A stretch of 64,000 nt of DNA from Octopus vulgaris (lineage: Eukaryota): the NCBI GenBank assembly GCA_951406725.2, contig OX597815.1:118606001-118670000 (forward strand), written 5' to 3'. Below the pieces are notes generated by a model. That model was not told the origin of the DNA. It made no database searches and worked only from the letters and a program-made list of their open reading frames with translations. Position numbers and translations under genes: made by a program. Below are positions 12,463-26,410 of this stretch, one piece after another (positions within the stretch are counted from its first letter, which is position 1; each line of letters starts with the position of its first letter).

Positions 12463-12514
12463 AAGACATCATCAGGAGGAACCACGTCCGGTTTCGGCCC
12501 CTACTCCTCTACCG
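12463..12514 (-). ncRNA. Second candidate rearranged hammerhead ribozyme (unrelated sequence, same topology)
   Basis: Minus strand reads CGGU-A-GAGGAG ua GGGGCC-GAA-ACCG gacgugg UUCCUC-CUGAUGA-UGUCUU. Confidence 0.55.
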
Positions 12515-12899
12515 CTTTCCATTTCTTCCCTGTTCGTACCTTTGCGGGGCGGTCCCGAATGCTCTGATCTTTTGAATACCTTATCATCATTACTGTCCTT
12601 GCTTTTCCCGCCTTATATTCAGTTGTTAAATATGAAAGCAGGATTTGTCAATTGCTTTCCGCGTGTCTGATGAAAGCGCCATTCAGAGAAGACCTGTACA
12701 TTATGTTTTCTGAGATTTTAGAAAAGTTTTTGATATATTTTGGTTAAATGTTTGCCATCTCGTTAGAGCTCTCGAAAAAAGACATTTTTACGATGTGGTT
12801 GTGCGCAGCTAAAAGTGGGGACTGGTGAAGTTGTCGTAAATAGCATAGTTACACATGTGGATTGGTTGAGATGTAAATGTAGTTTACATCGCGTATTAC

Positions 12900-13465
12900 A
12901 TTTTGCTTGTTTCGGCAATGCTGGGGCATCGCCTTGAAGAGTTTGGGTCGAAAAAAATCAACCCCAGTATTTATGAGGTTTGATAAGTCTGGTACGTATT
13001 CTATCAGTTCTTTTGCTGAACCGCTGTTACTGGAACGTAAACAAATCAACACCGGTTGTTACGCGACGGCGGGGAGCATCAACAAATATACTTATATGTG
13101 CGTATTTACACCAATGCTCCGCAACCGGTATGTCGCTGCACTGGTGTGCCACGAGACGGTGCTAGAAGTGCCGCAGTATAACCTGAATATAATTTTTTCC
13201 CTATACTTTTAGTTATAATTTTAGTCCAGGTGTGCCGCCGAATTTTGAAAAGAATATGTGTACTGCAAGTGAAAAAATTTTGCAGAACACTGATATATAC
13301 GACGGGCTTCCACACAGTTTCCATATTCCAAATTCACTTACAAGGCCAGGTGACCGGCCCAAGGCTACAGGAGACACTTGACGATGATGCCGCGCAGTAG
13401 GACTTAACCCAAGACTACATGGTTACAAAACAAGCTTCTTGACCACACAGCTATGCCTACACCTG
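12900..13465 (-). mobile_element. Fragmented SINE family A
   Basis: Head at about 13300-13465 and tail at about 12910-13090. Confidence 0.7.
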
Positions 13466-14309
13466 TTATTTTTATAGTTTTTGGACATCACTGCGTGGTG
13501 AGTATTGAAGTATCTTCCCCAGTGGTGTTCGGGTGTACTCAAGTAAGTGTTTCACCTAGCACGTGTTACTTGGTGAAGATAAGAGTTCAATGTGCATATT
13601 TCTAACATTATGTTTTTGTTCTTTTACTTCCAAGTTACCCTTCCACATTAGTGTTGAAATGTACTGAAATGTTTATCTATGTTGCAAGGTTTTCACCATC
13701 GTCTGCTATATCGTGTGTTATCATAATCTAATTAGAGTCGACGTGCCGTAGCATTCTCTCATATTAATGCAACATATTAAGATGTATGATAAAGTCAAGG
13801 TTTTTTTTTCGTTGCTACTTTAGTTGTTTGTTCTGTTAAAGACTATTTTATCCAACGTACTTCTACGGATGTAAATGACTCAATTTTGTTAGGTCGACTG
13901 ACTTATTTTGTTGGTTAAGTTTGGATTTATACATAATTTGATTTACTTTATACCTATGTATATAAGAGCGGATGGTGTTGACATTGGCAAGGTCAACGAA
14001 GTTTTATTGTAATATAGAAACTGCGAGATGAATCAAAGGAATCATCCATCAGATAAAAGCGAAACCATTTTATTTGGGGTTCGTCCAGTGAAATGAGTGA
14101 ACTTTGGATTTTGATATGGCCACTGATGAAGTTAGGTAATATGGGGGAAAAGAGGAGAATCTCAGCCTTATAAAGCTGTACTGCTAACCTGGTAATAAAA
14201 TTAATCAGGAGAAACAGTTTTGAAGAATTAGATGGAGGTGGGCTGTGGTACCAGATTGGAATATGGAAGAGGCTGTCAAAAACTTAAAGCAAATAAACTT
14301 ATATTCTTT

Positions 14310-14697
14310 TCAACTCTAGGCACAAAGCCGGAAATGTTATGGCGGGGAGGGGGCCAGTCGATTAGATCGACCCCAGTACTCGACTGGTACTTAATTTAAC
14401 GACCCCGAAAGGATGAAAGGCAAAGTCAGCCCCGGCAGAATTTGAACTCAGAAAAACAATTACAGACAAAATACCTATTACTTTACTATCCACAGAGGGG
14501 CCAAACACAGAGAGGACATACAAACGGATTAAGTCGATTTTATCGACCCCAGTGCGTAACTAGTACTTAATTTATCGACCCCGAAAGGATGAAAGGCAAA
14601 GTCGACCTCGGCGGAATTTGAACCCAGAACGTAACGGCAGGCGAAGTACGGCTACGCACTTCGCCCGGCGTGCTAACGTTTCTGCCAGCTCGCCGCT
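14310..14697 (-). mobile_element. SINE family B with a duplicated body
   Basis: One head at 14697 and two copies of the cccgaaaggatgaaaggcaaagtc core. Confidence 0.88.
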
Positions 14698-15429
14698 TTT
14701 AATAGACTTATATTGCAGAGAATGACTGCCATTAGTCATCCTCAGCAAAATGGCGAAGGGAAAGAAGAGAAGTTGGTAGGAGACACCACGGAAAGAAAAA
14801 GGCGTTACAAGTTTTGGCTTTTATTTGGTCCCTTTAACTCATAAGACAGAGTGAGTATAAAGGTGTTTGGGTTTCTCAACATAAGCTCTGGTGTGCAACT
14901 AGTCTAGAATTGTTGGGCTTATGAAGGAAATATAAATTGGAGATTTTTAGAAAAATGGGAGAAGTGGTGCTAAGAGAAAGTAGAATAGAATTTAAGGGCA
15001 ATAAAAGTGAATGAGACTTAATTCTGGTTGTAGAGCGTGAAATATTAACCAAGTGCATCTCTTTTAAGTTTGTGCAACTAGATCAGCACAGTCATTTAAA
15101 TTAGTGGTACTCAACTTGGGTCCACAAAAGATTTTGTTGTCAAAATTTATGTCTATTAAGTTGATTAAACAATATGCAAAATATTTTGAATGTTTTATAT
15201 AATTCCAAATAATATTTAATTTTACCAATAGGATCCTAGAAACATAGAATGGTTATGGAGGTCCTTCCGAGTAAAATAGTTATCAAAGGGGCAAAAAAAA
15301 ATTTTTTAATGGTTGGAAACCACTGGTTTAAATTATAAACCATAAGTTATTCCATTGACCTTTACTTTCGGTATCAGAGAATTTGAATGTGAAACGTAAC
15401 TAAATATTTTAATGTACTGAATCTCTCTT

Positions 15430-15811
15430 TTATTGCAGTCTTTATTCATTTCTAACATCAAAAACATAATTCGAATATTCAAGTATTGTTAATCAAATTT
15501 CTTCAGCTCAACACTTTTGTCGACTTTGTAAGAACAGGGAACAAAGTTGACTCATATAAGATGTAAACTCAGAAGAGATATATACCACCATAAGGCAATT
15601 TTGAGGTCGATTCTGCCAATCATTCATATATGTATATATTTATATTAAATGAAAAACATGTTTAGTCAGATATACACAAGCCTTTCTAAATGTATTTAGG
15701 TGTTTAGAGTTAAAAGAAACTACTCTAGAATACATATTTACACTTTGGTAGCCATTAGTGTTAGCAACGACATATGCCCAATTAATCACTTTCAGCTGAC
15801 ACACATAAACA

Positions 15812-15853
<42 letters not shown>

Positions 15854-18800
15854 TTCAGCAGTCTTAAGAATAGTGATGTTAGTTAAATGTATATCAAGTT
15901 GGTCCAGGAAACATGGTTGTTAAAAAAAAAATATATATATATATATATATGACAAACAGTTGTATAATTACAACTAAGGGTTGAAAATAAGGTTTAAAAA
16001 AATCCTTAATAAGCAAAATGTGTGAATGTAATTTTTGCTGGCACAAAATGCCATATTTATATGAACAGAAACCAACAGTAAAGGCTTCGACAAAATTAGA
16101 TCAGATGACAATTTTAAAAGAAAATTGAAGGTTTTATATTAATAATAACAATTGCTATCCAAAGCAGACTACCAAACTAACGTAGTGTATTGACCAAGGC
16201 TGAGACAAAAACCAACATGAAAACTAAAAAACTTACAAATGTTTTAAGTATAAGTTTTATGTAATGATGGTCTGGCAATGCCTTAAACCACAATTGAAAA
16301 ATAGGCTCTGATTATACTTGATGTGAAGCATTTGCTAGTGAGGAAAACTGAATGCAGTTTACTGAAATTAGATGAGGAAATGTCAGAGTAAAGCAATTTG
16401 ACTAACTAGAAGCAGCCTCCCAACATGTAATAGCAACCATGGAACCTCAGTATTAAGGAGTTGAAGCCACAAGTTAAGTAGTTATGGGAATGAAGTCAAA
16501 GTTGTTTTTGACCTTCCTATACAACCCATTCTCTAAATATCAAAACAATTCCTCTGCCCACTCCTGATGTCACTTCAAAATTATGCATTTTATTATACAA
16601 TGGTGTTTTATGCCATTGAAACAGCTGCTGAGCACTAATTATGAACTTTATATAAACAAATAGTTCTTTGTAAGAATAAAAAGTATTAACTTCACAGGTG
16701 AAGAAAGTTTTATTTTACAGAATTTAATAGAAGGATAAAGGCTTGGAATTAATAACACAGTTGACTATTCCATTTTACCATTTACAAAAGAAAAAAAAAA
16801 TTTATATGCAGACACGAAAGAGAGCACTTTTATATGCTAGCACACATATGTAATACTAAAAGCATATGTAATATATGGCTGAGTAAAACAAGTTAGAACG
16901 ACAATCCTTTTTTGCTGCTATTACTCGGTCCTCTCAAAGGATCCTTTGTTGGCTCAGTGGTAGAAGTTATGGAAGAGTAAAGCTTTGACAAATCTAAAAT
17001 GTAAGGATTCTGACTGATGTAGCTGATTACACACTCCCCACAGAGGGACAGGAGGAATGAAAAACTTTGGCAACTTTTCTTGCACATTAAAGGGAGTAAT
17101 TTCTCTGCAATTATTTAAAATTCAGTTAGCTCCTTTAAAAATTTTTAAAAAATCACAATAAAAAGCAACATTCTTTTATATTCAATTTGTTGGTCATTGA
17201 ACTGTGGCCATGCTGAGGCACCACTTTGAAGGGTTTAGTCAAACCCTTCTTTTTTAAACCTGGTGCTTACACTATCAGACAGACCATTATGCTAGAACAT
17301 GAACAAACCAACACCAATTGTCAAGAGATGGAGAATACAAACACACAAGATGTGCTTCCACCAAATCCACTCACAGGGCATTGGTCGACCTGGGGCTAGA
17401 GCAGAATACATTTTTGCAAGGTGCCTCTAGTGCAAACAACATAATATCTGTAATAAAAGCACAACACATACAACAATACAAAGGCAAAAAATGTTCTTAA
17501 ATCTTTTATTAATACAAAATTACAGTTTACTTTACAAAATTGGTCCCTCATCCAGCCCAAATCATTACAGAAATAGTGAGATTTCACCAGTCACAGCTAT
17601 ATATATATATTTTAAGAGGAATGAAGATAAGGAACAATTCTTTACAAAAATAAAGATATTTGGACGGGTAATAATGTACAAGGGAAAGTGTCTTGTAAAG
17701 GAGTTCAATGAAACAGATATGCATACAATTTCTTGTACATTATGAAGACATTATTACACAGACTAAGCTAATTGTTCCAGTTTTAAACATTAAAAAAGTT
17801 TTTAAAATTGAAAACTTGTATAATATTCATTTAACCAAGTGTTAAATGCTCTTTTAATGGTTCCATTCATTTCCAGCTAATGGAATGTGGGGTGGGAAAT
17901 ATAACCCAGAAATAGGTGATTTGTAACAAACAGCAGTAAACTAGTTTTGCGTGATGAGACTGGATGTTGACAACCCAGCTGGAAACACAAAAGGGATGGG
18001 GTTAGCAAATCTTTAGATTTGATAAGATGATTGTATTGTCACAAATAACTATAGTAGAATATATAGTAATGTAGTCTTTTTATTAGATACACATTATCCC
18101 AAAATGGAATGTGTCAGATACTGCAAAGCGAGGACAAATGCCCAACTATTCCAAGTTAGATATAGCTTATACATAAGCTAGTTAACTTTACAAGTATTTT
18201 GCATAATAGCAAAGACATGAATCAACCAACTGAAAAACTAGTAAACAAACAAAAAAAAAAAAAAAAACCCACACAATTTAATATACAAGTCCCAGAAATT
18301 ACACAAATTGTTGCAGTGCTCAGCAAAGCCATAGCACTGTGTGTTTCAAATTAAACATGATGATAAATGAAGGTACAGGATATTTCAGACAGGTTATGTG
18401 AAAATGATATTTCTAACACCAACAAATTACTGGAGAAGGGTAAAATGTATTCTTTGGTCTGTTGATCTCAAATGAAAAGATTAAAAACACTGATAATTAT
18501 TATGGAAATTTTGAGCTAGATACCAGCTACAAATGAGAAGGGAGTTTCTAATTCTTTTACCAGAAAAAAAAAAAAAAAAATCAAAACCACTATGAATAAA
18601 AATTTAATTATAATTCACACAATGGATCGATGTTGCATATCCTGCAAATAGTCCCAAAAATATATTTTTAAAAAATGGACTACTGATATATTTTATTTTT
18701 AAAAATGTATGACCAGTGGAGAGAAAGAAAAAAAAAGAAATCAGTAACTTGATGAAGGTTTATCACAACAGTTTTATATTCTAAAATTATGCTTTAGATA

Positions 18801-19416
18801 GCAGCTTAATAGAATATACACCACAATTTTTATGCATAGTATTATACTACACTCTACAAGTACAAATGGATATTAATAAATGCCTTAGTTGGAATATGTA
18901 ATGTATAAATGTCTTAATTCAAAATACATAAATTGGTATGGAAAAAATGAATAGAAGGAAAAAATCACAAAGTGAAATCATGCAATGAGAAAAAAATTTA
19001 AAAAAAAAGTTCTACTCTTTGATTTTTTTTCACAAAATGAAATGGAAAAAATATCAACATAGAATATTATGGAACACTACAGAAGATTTTACATAACAGG
19101 AAAATCTGATAAGCTGAGTATATAAAATGGCAACTACAGAAATTACTAACAGTTCTTTGACTATGGAAGAACAGTCTTGTGATATAAAACTATGAAACTA
19201 ATTTCAAATTTATTTATTTAAGAAACAAATGAATACTAGTTAAGGTTAAAATTTTTTAGATATATTTTTGGAAGTGTCAGAAAATTTCTGCAGATTGCCT
19301 TGAAATAGAAGTTTACAACTATTATAAATATCAAACTGTTTGGTGGGGTTCCTTTATTGAAATTATTGGTTTGCATTTACAATTTAAAGTGATTGCTTCA
19401 TTTAAAGGAAGCATTC
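15430..19416 (-). other. Probable long 3' UTR of the innexin (end uncertain, about 17.5 kb or 15.4 kb)
   Basis: Repeat-poor, CpG-depleted, U-rich on the minus strand; AATAAA (plus tttatt) at 17505-17510, 15429-15434 and 15441-15446. Confidence 0.45.
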
Positions 19417-20581
19417 TTAACTAGTTGGCTTCTCTTTGAAAATCTTCCATAACTGTTTCACCAAATCTGTCAAGACTAGATCAGTTGAATTTTTACCTAT
19501 TACTCTTAAGACAAAGACTCCATCATTGCGTAAATAGTTATCTGCGAAGTTTCTATATTGTTTTTTATCGTTATTGATTAGTGGAGTAGCTGAAAGTTTC
19601 AAGTATTTCTTAACGTATGCTGCATTGTTACGTCGGTAAATCATGTAATAGAGCCAACTTATCATGTTTGCTGAAGCTAAAACGGCCACAAAAACAAACC
19701 AGAACCAAAGGAAAATAAAAATCTTTTCATTGAACAGGTTAATAGGCAAGACACATTGGACAGTAAATCGTTGCAGATTAGTCATTTGTCGAATACTGAA
19801 ATCACACAAAGTGACTCGTGGAAATAGTGGTGATTCTTTAAAAGCACCATATTCGTTGAAGTGTTGCATCACTTGGAAACCATAGATGCCAAAATCAGTT
19901 GATAGAAAACTGTTTAACATAAAGAACTGTCCAATGATATTTACAAGATATAAGACTTTAATAGTGAGATAAAGACCAGATAAATATGTTCCTTCACGTT
20001 TACCACAGAAGCAGCAGCAAATTTTGGCAAACTTTTGGCGAGTTTTCACAACAAAATTACAATGGTAAATACGATTAGAATCAAGCCAACGATCCATGAA
20101 ATATGCTATGTGCTCGATAGTTTTTTTGCGATCATCAGGTGAACCATATTGAGTCTTCTCTGCTAATTCACAAAGCTTGTCTAAATTAACGCCTGAGGTG
20201 CCATGAAGAATTCTCCAGAGCAAATTTGGGGCTTTAAACAAAAGAGCTTGAAAAAGAAGAATTAAAGGCACCCACTGGTAATATGTTAATTGTCTGTCTT
20301 CTCTTTCATTAATATTAACAGGAATCGTGTCTGACATTGGAATATAGTAAGTATTTGAAATCCAGCATATCCATTTGGTATAGGCAACATATGCTCCTGT
20401 GAATTGGGCTGGGCACCAACAGTGTATTGGGTCACCAACCAACTGGCCTGTAGTGACTACTATTGCAAAGAGAACAAGGACAACCGATGAGTATATATGG
20501 CTCATGCGATCGACCCAGTCATCATTGGCTGCTGAAGTTAGACGGGAGAAGGTGGAGAAAGATCCGAACACACCCCACACC
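19417..20581 (-). CDS. Innexin (UNC-9/UNC-7-like gap-junction protein), main coding exon; 388 aa once the split ATG is completed
   Basis: DDWVDR..TM1, GDPIHCWCP, CWISNTY, YYQWVP, FPRVTLCDF, TVQCVLPINLFNEKIFIFLWFW, YLRNDGVFVLR; four TM segments; strong acceptor tttgtttttctttctttacag ending at 20582; TAA at 19417-19419. Confidence 0.97.
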
Positions 20582-20849
20582 CTGTAAAGAAAGAAAAACA
20601 AAGCAAATTAATATTTCTGAGCTATAATCACATCTGATAAATAATCAACAATAATCAAATGGCAAACATTTATGTAGGAAAAATGGTACAATCAACCATT
20701 GATATGTAATAGTTACAAGCATAAAAGAATATTTATGCAAAGTATACAGCAACATTTTCTTTTACAAATTTGATTAAAAAAATTTTTGTTTTAAATTTAA
20801 GAAAAATTAATTTTTTTTAAAAACAAGTAAAAAAAAAATATATACTCAC

Positions 20850-20852
20850 CAC
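20850..20852 (-). CDS. Candidate 3-nt innexin microexon (GTG), phase 2-2, adds Trp
   Basis: cattcatgacag|GTG|gtgagtata; attaac branch-like motif in a roughly 48-nt AG-free zone; U-rich downstream. Confidence 0.5.
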
Positions 20853-21084
20853 CTGTCATGAATGGTATATGAAATAATATTTACCAAGTTAATTTTAAAA
20901 TTCTAATATAACTAGCTAATAACAAGCTATTTTGAAGACCACATTTTTGTAGTGACATGGCTTTTTATAGATATAGATTATGTAGCTTAGATTTTGCACT
21001 GGAGGAAGGCAAAAGCATTTTAGCAGTAGCATGCTTCTCAAATAGAGCATATTTTATTATTGAATGTCCGTCCCTTCCCGTTCA

Positions 21085-23995
21085 GACAGTAATTTGTGGA
21101 AAGCAGGTCTGGTGAGATGATTCAGATGCTTGAATGGAGATGTGTAGATTTGTGCTGTAGGGTGGAGAGGAAGTTCTAAGTTTCTCACAGGCAAAGAATA
21201 TAGGTATAAGACTTTCTGGGAAGGTAACACTGATGGGGTTGAGGGTGTGGATATACTCCTTGCTGAGAAATGGATTGATAAGGTAATCGAGGTAGTCAGT
21301 CTGCAACATGGATTAGCAACAATTATCTTGGCCTATGCCCTTCAGCCAGGGCTATCTGATGAACAGAAAGAACGATTTCATGACACCCTCTTGCAGACCA
21401 CCTTGTTGATGAATGACAGGGACCTTCTCTTCATGGCTGGGGACTTCAATGGGCATGTTGGACAACATCCAGAGAACTTCTATGGTGTACATGGTGGCAA
21501 AGGATTTGGTACCTGCAAGGAGGGAACCAGGCTGCTGGAGTTCTGTGATGCAAATGATCTTATGGTCTGTGTAATACCATCTTCAGGAAACCAGCCAGTC
21601 ACCTGTTCACCTACCAGTCTGATGGGCACACTAGTCAGATTGACTACATTCTCACCAGGAAACAAGAAAGATGGCTACTTATAAATGCCAAAACATTCCC
21701 AGGTGAAGAATGCACCCCACAACATAGGTTAGTAGTTAGTGACAGCAGGATCAAGACTAAATGGCTGCCCAGAAGATGACCAGTGTGGGGAAAAAAGGGT
21801 CTGGAAGCTTAAGGATCCTCTGAATGGACAGGGCTTTTGATGAAAAAGAGGATATAGCATCACAATGTGGAGGACAATTGGGGGTTCTTATAGGACAGCC
21901 GGTTGAGGGCTACTGACCAGGTCTGTGGCTGATGCAAAGTCCCCACTTGACCTAAGGTGACATGGTAGTTGAAGGGAAAAGAAGCAGGCATGGAAGGACT
22001 GAAGGTGTGGTGGTAGCAGGGAACTGTAGCAGATCACCAGAAGTGAATCTAGGAGACACAGGTTTACTTAGCCAGAGAGGTAGCAGATAAGTAAAAATTT
22101 GCCAATGTTCTGTGTTGTGAGAACTAGAGATTTCAAGTGTTTTCTATTGCAAGACAGAGTGTGAGAGAGAATTGTAATGCCATAGGAGAGAAATATGTCC
22201 ACTTGCGTTTAATGACGCTGCAAAAAGAGCAACTTGGAGACACCACAATACAAGGTTGGTTGCTAAATGAAGAGAATGAGTGGGTGAAAGAGTCTGCCAA
22301 ATGTCAACCCAACAGGGGGACCAGCTATTCAAATTGACAGTACCGATGGTAGATAAGCAATTAAGGGTAAGAAGGCAGGGAAAGCCCCCACCACATCGGG
22401 AATCATTGCTGAGATGCTTAAAATGTCTAGGTTTAGGCTATAGTCTAGTCACCTGTATAGTCCATCAGGTGAAACATGAAGGAGTTATACCCAATGACTG
22501 GTGTAACAGCACCATAGTCAACTGCTACAAAGGTAAAGGTGATGCATTATAGAAATAGAGCTATCAAATTGTAGGATCAGGTGACGAAAGTCAGAGAGGG
22601 TCATAGCCCAACGAATTAGGGAGAGAGTTTACAAGCCATCGACAGGGATGCTGTCAGTAAAGTGAGGGTTGACAAGGAGTATGGCAAAGAGTTCTGGGTA
22701 GAAGTTCACCAAGGATCGGTGCTCAGCCTCCTCTTGTTCATCATAGTCCTCCAGGCAATAACACAGGAATTTAAGACAGGCTGTCCCTGGGAGCTCCTCT
22801 ATGCGAGTGACATTGCTCCAATAGCTGAGTCACTGCCAGAACTAGAGAAGTTTCAATTATGGAAGCAAGGTCTAGAATCAAAGGGCCTTAGAGTAAATCT
22901 AGCACAAACCAAGTCTTAGTAAGTAGGAAGGCAGACAAATTGCAAACCCTTTCAGGTAGATGGCCTTGCTCAATGTGTAGAAAAGGCATAGGTGGAAACT
23001 CCTAGCATGTACCCGGTGTAAGATATGGACACCGAAAAGGTGCAGCAATACCAAAGGACGTTTATCTGGGAAAATAGTTTTTTTTGTGTGGAAGATGCAC
23101 AGGTGCAATAAACACCAAAGATGTACAGAATACAGATTCCATCATATGCCGGGGAAAACTAGAAGTAGTTGAAAGCTTCCATTACCTAGGTGATCAAGTC
23201 AGTAGTGGGGATGGATGCTCCGAGAGCGTAGCTGCTAGAATAAGAATAGCATGGGCAAATTTTGGAGACCCCCTACCTCTACTGATAACAAAAGGCCTCT
23301 CGCTCAGAGTAAAAGGTAGACTGACTGTATTTTGCTTGAGTTCAAACAGCTATGTCACACAGCAGTGAAACATAGGCTGTGACATGTGTAAGCTTGAAAG
23401 AAATGAAGCTTGTATGCTCCACTGGAAGTGTGATGTCAACATGCATACAGAGTGGAAGTGTCCTGAGAGAAAAGTTGAAGCATCAGATGTAGTGTGCGAG
23501 AGATGACTGCACTGGTATGGTCATGTGATGTATATGAGGACAACTGTGTGAAGATGTGTCACACCCCAACAGTGGAAGGAACCTGTTGAAGAGGTAGACC
23601 CAGGAAGACTTGGGATGAGGTGGTGAAGCATGAACTTTGAACATTGGACTTCACAGAGGAAATGACAAGTAGGCAGAAGATGCCAGTGTTGCATAAATGG
23701 CCCATTTAAAAGCACCCTTTAATCATTGGGCAATATGCCATGCTTGTGAAGACCTGTTGAACCAAGTGAAATCATAGTCATGTCAGGGCTTCCTGACTGA
23801 CACCCATGTTGGGACATAAAAATCACCATTCAGCGTAGCTGAGGGCGATGCAGCCTGACTGGCATTAGGAAGGGCATCCAGGTGTAGAAACCCTGCCAAA
23901 TCAGAGTGGAGCCTGATGCAGCCTCCCAGCTTGCTCAGTCAAACCGTCCAACTCATGCCAGCATGGAAAGCAGATGGAAAGTGGATGTTAAACTA
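21085..23995 (+). mobile_element. Degraded RTE-clade LINE (APE endonuclease + RT), antisense inside the innexin intron
   Basis: AGDFNGHVG..GTRLLEFCDANDL (APE); IPNDWCNSTIVNCYKGKGDAL and VHQGSVLSLLLFIIVL..PWELLYASDI (RT); Cys-rich insert WPCSMC..CTRC..KRC..CGRC; many stops and frameshifts. Confidence 0.93.
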
Positions 23996-24056
23996 CAATG
24001 ATGATATTTCCTGCATATGCAAAGGCTCTTTGTTGGTCCATATGTTCATGTATGTG

Positions 24057-24120
<64 letters not shown>

Positions 24121-24376
24121 CAAATAAAATGAGTTTGTTCAAAAATTTGGTTACATCATAAGTTTTATTAATAATAATGCATATGGAGTTCAATATACTG
24201 GTTCTAGTGTACAAAACTTAAATCATTCTATATAATTATATGTGCACATGTAGAATGATGTGTGCATACACATGCATGTGCATTTATAAATATATAATCT
24301 TTTGTTTCTTTCATTGGACTACAGCTATGCTGGAACACCACCTTAAGTTTTAGTCAAATTAGTCAACCTCAGTATG

Positions 24377-24420
<44 letters not shown>

Positions 24421-24424
<4 letters not shown>

Positions 24425-24735
24425 CATGGTTGTGTGATAAGAAGCTTGCTATTGTGTGGCACCTTAGACAAGTGTCTTCTACTATAGCCTTAAGCCAACC
24501 AAAGCTTTGAGAGTGGATTCGGTAGACAGAACCTGAAAGAAGCTAGTTGTGTGTGTGTGTGTCCCCTACCACTGCTTCACAACCCGTGTTGGTGCATTTA
24601 CATCCCCATAACTTAACAGACTAATAGAATAAGTATCAGGTTTAAAAAATAACTACTGGGATGGGGTTGATTCATCCAACAAAGGTTCTTCAAAGTGCTC
24701 CATCATGGCTACAGTCAAATGACTTGAAACAAGAC
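24421..24735 (+). mobile_element. SINE family A, old and CpG-decayed
   Basis: Similarity to the 9562 copy. Confidence 0.8.
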
Positions 24736-26002
24736 ATAGCCTAAGGCTATACTAGAAAACATTTGGAAAAAATGTATAGTGGGATGAGCCACATGGTTGG
24801 GAAACAAGTTTTTTTATCCACAGCTATTCCTGCATGCACACACATTATATAAATATATATATATACTACATACGTACACATGTAATTACATATATATGAA
24901 AAAGACTACCTAAACGATTTAAGCAAGACCTACTATCTTTTAAATATGTTAGCAATGTTATTTCTTAAAATCATTAGAAATAACTGTTACAATGGAAATG
25001 ATTTTTCTTTAGCTCCGAAATAGAATCATTATAGGAATTTACATATTTTATAAACATTTAAAATCTATTACATTGAGAATACAAGCTACAAAAGATCTAA
25101 AAGGTATTAACTTTATTTTACATAATTCCCCCACTCCATTGATATTATTTAGAAATAGTTTCACACGAATACTTAATAATTAAAACAGCATGTCAATCAT
25201 TTATATATTTACTTCATCACATCACCACCACCTGGGAGAAATATTTGCTCTTGTGTAACTGAGAAAATTTAGTGTATAACACAGACCACATGTTTACATT
25301 GTAATTTTTTCCCCCCTACGTTTTTATTCTATTGTTTTTGTTTTTCAAAAGCAACTGGAGAGATCCCAAAAGCTGCTGATTTAAATGTGTCCAATTGCAT
25401 TTAATGGCAACGTGTCAGCCATTGCTGACTGTAAAAGTCATTGACAAGTTGACAACCAGCTAACAGCAAATAGTAACCTTTTCTCAAAAGGTGGTCTAGT
25501 CTATTCATACACACACACACACACACACAGCAAACTAATTTTTCAATCCAAGCCAATTTCAAAAACAAAAAACTTTTTTCTTCTATTTATCTAGCCTTGA
25601 GTTAAACTAAACCAAGCAACTACAACTACCTTACTACTGTCTCTGTAAACTAGTCACATTACATTTTGAACTCAAATATTACATTAAAACCAACTAGATA
25701 TGACTAGTGAAGACTTCTTTCATTGTTTTAACTGGTGTCTGGAAGGGAGAGAGCCCCTGACTTTTGCAAGATTTTATAAATTGGTGACGATGATGCTGTT
25801 TAGATTGTTGCAGGTAAACATTGGCAAAAAATTTAAGATTCTGGGGATGTGGTAGTGTTAATACTCTGAGTATTTTTAGTGCAAAATTGGGGACACGGGT
25901 GAGAGAGTAGAGAGATGAGTTAGTAAGGGACACGAGACAAGGAGGTTATGGGTCCAGCTAGCTCTGAGGAACAGCAGCCACTATTCTATCCTTTTTTCTT
26001 CT

Positions 26003-26410
26003 TTTATGTTTCAGTCCTTTGACTGCGGTCATGCTGGAGCACTGCCTTTAGTTGAACAAATTGACACCAGGACTTTTTCTTTGTAAGCCTAGTACTTACT
26101 CCATTGGTTTCTTTTGTTGAACCGCTTTGTTATGGGGATGTAAACATACCAACATTGGTTGTCAAGTGATGGTGAGGGGACAAACACATATGCACACACA
26201 CACACACACACGTGTGTGTGTGAATATATACATATATATACATATACAACAGGCTTCTTTTAATTTCTGTCTACCAAATCCACTCACAAGGCTTTGGTCA
26301 GCTCAAGGCTATAGTAGGACACACTTGCCCAAGGTGCCATACAGTCGGACTGAACCCAGAACAATGTGGTTGGTAAACAAGCTACTAACTACACAGCCAC
26401 TCTTGCGCCA
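26003..26410 (-). mobile_element. SINE family A
   Basis: Reverse-complement similarity to the 9562 copy. Confidence 0.88.

Noticed and set aside
14720-14760. CUGAGGA UGAC/GUCA half-hammerhead on the minus strand
   Set aside because: The GAAA strand is missing; at most a truncated remnant
20582-20601. ORF-track N-terminus MFFFLYR of the innexin
   Set aside because: Non-ATG start; it is the polypyrimidine tract and AG of the splice acceptor
25629-25650. tttacag|AGACAGTA|gtaagg microexon candidate
   Set aside because: 8 nt, does not start with G, breaks the frame
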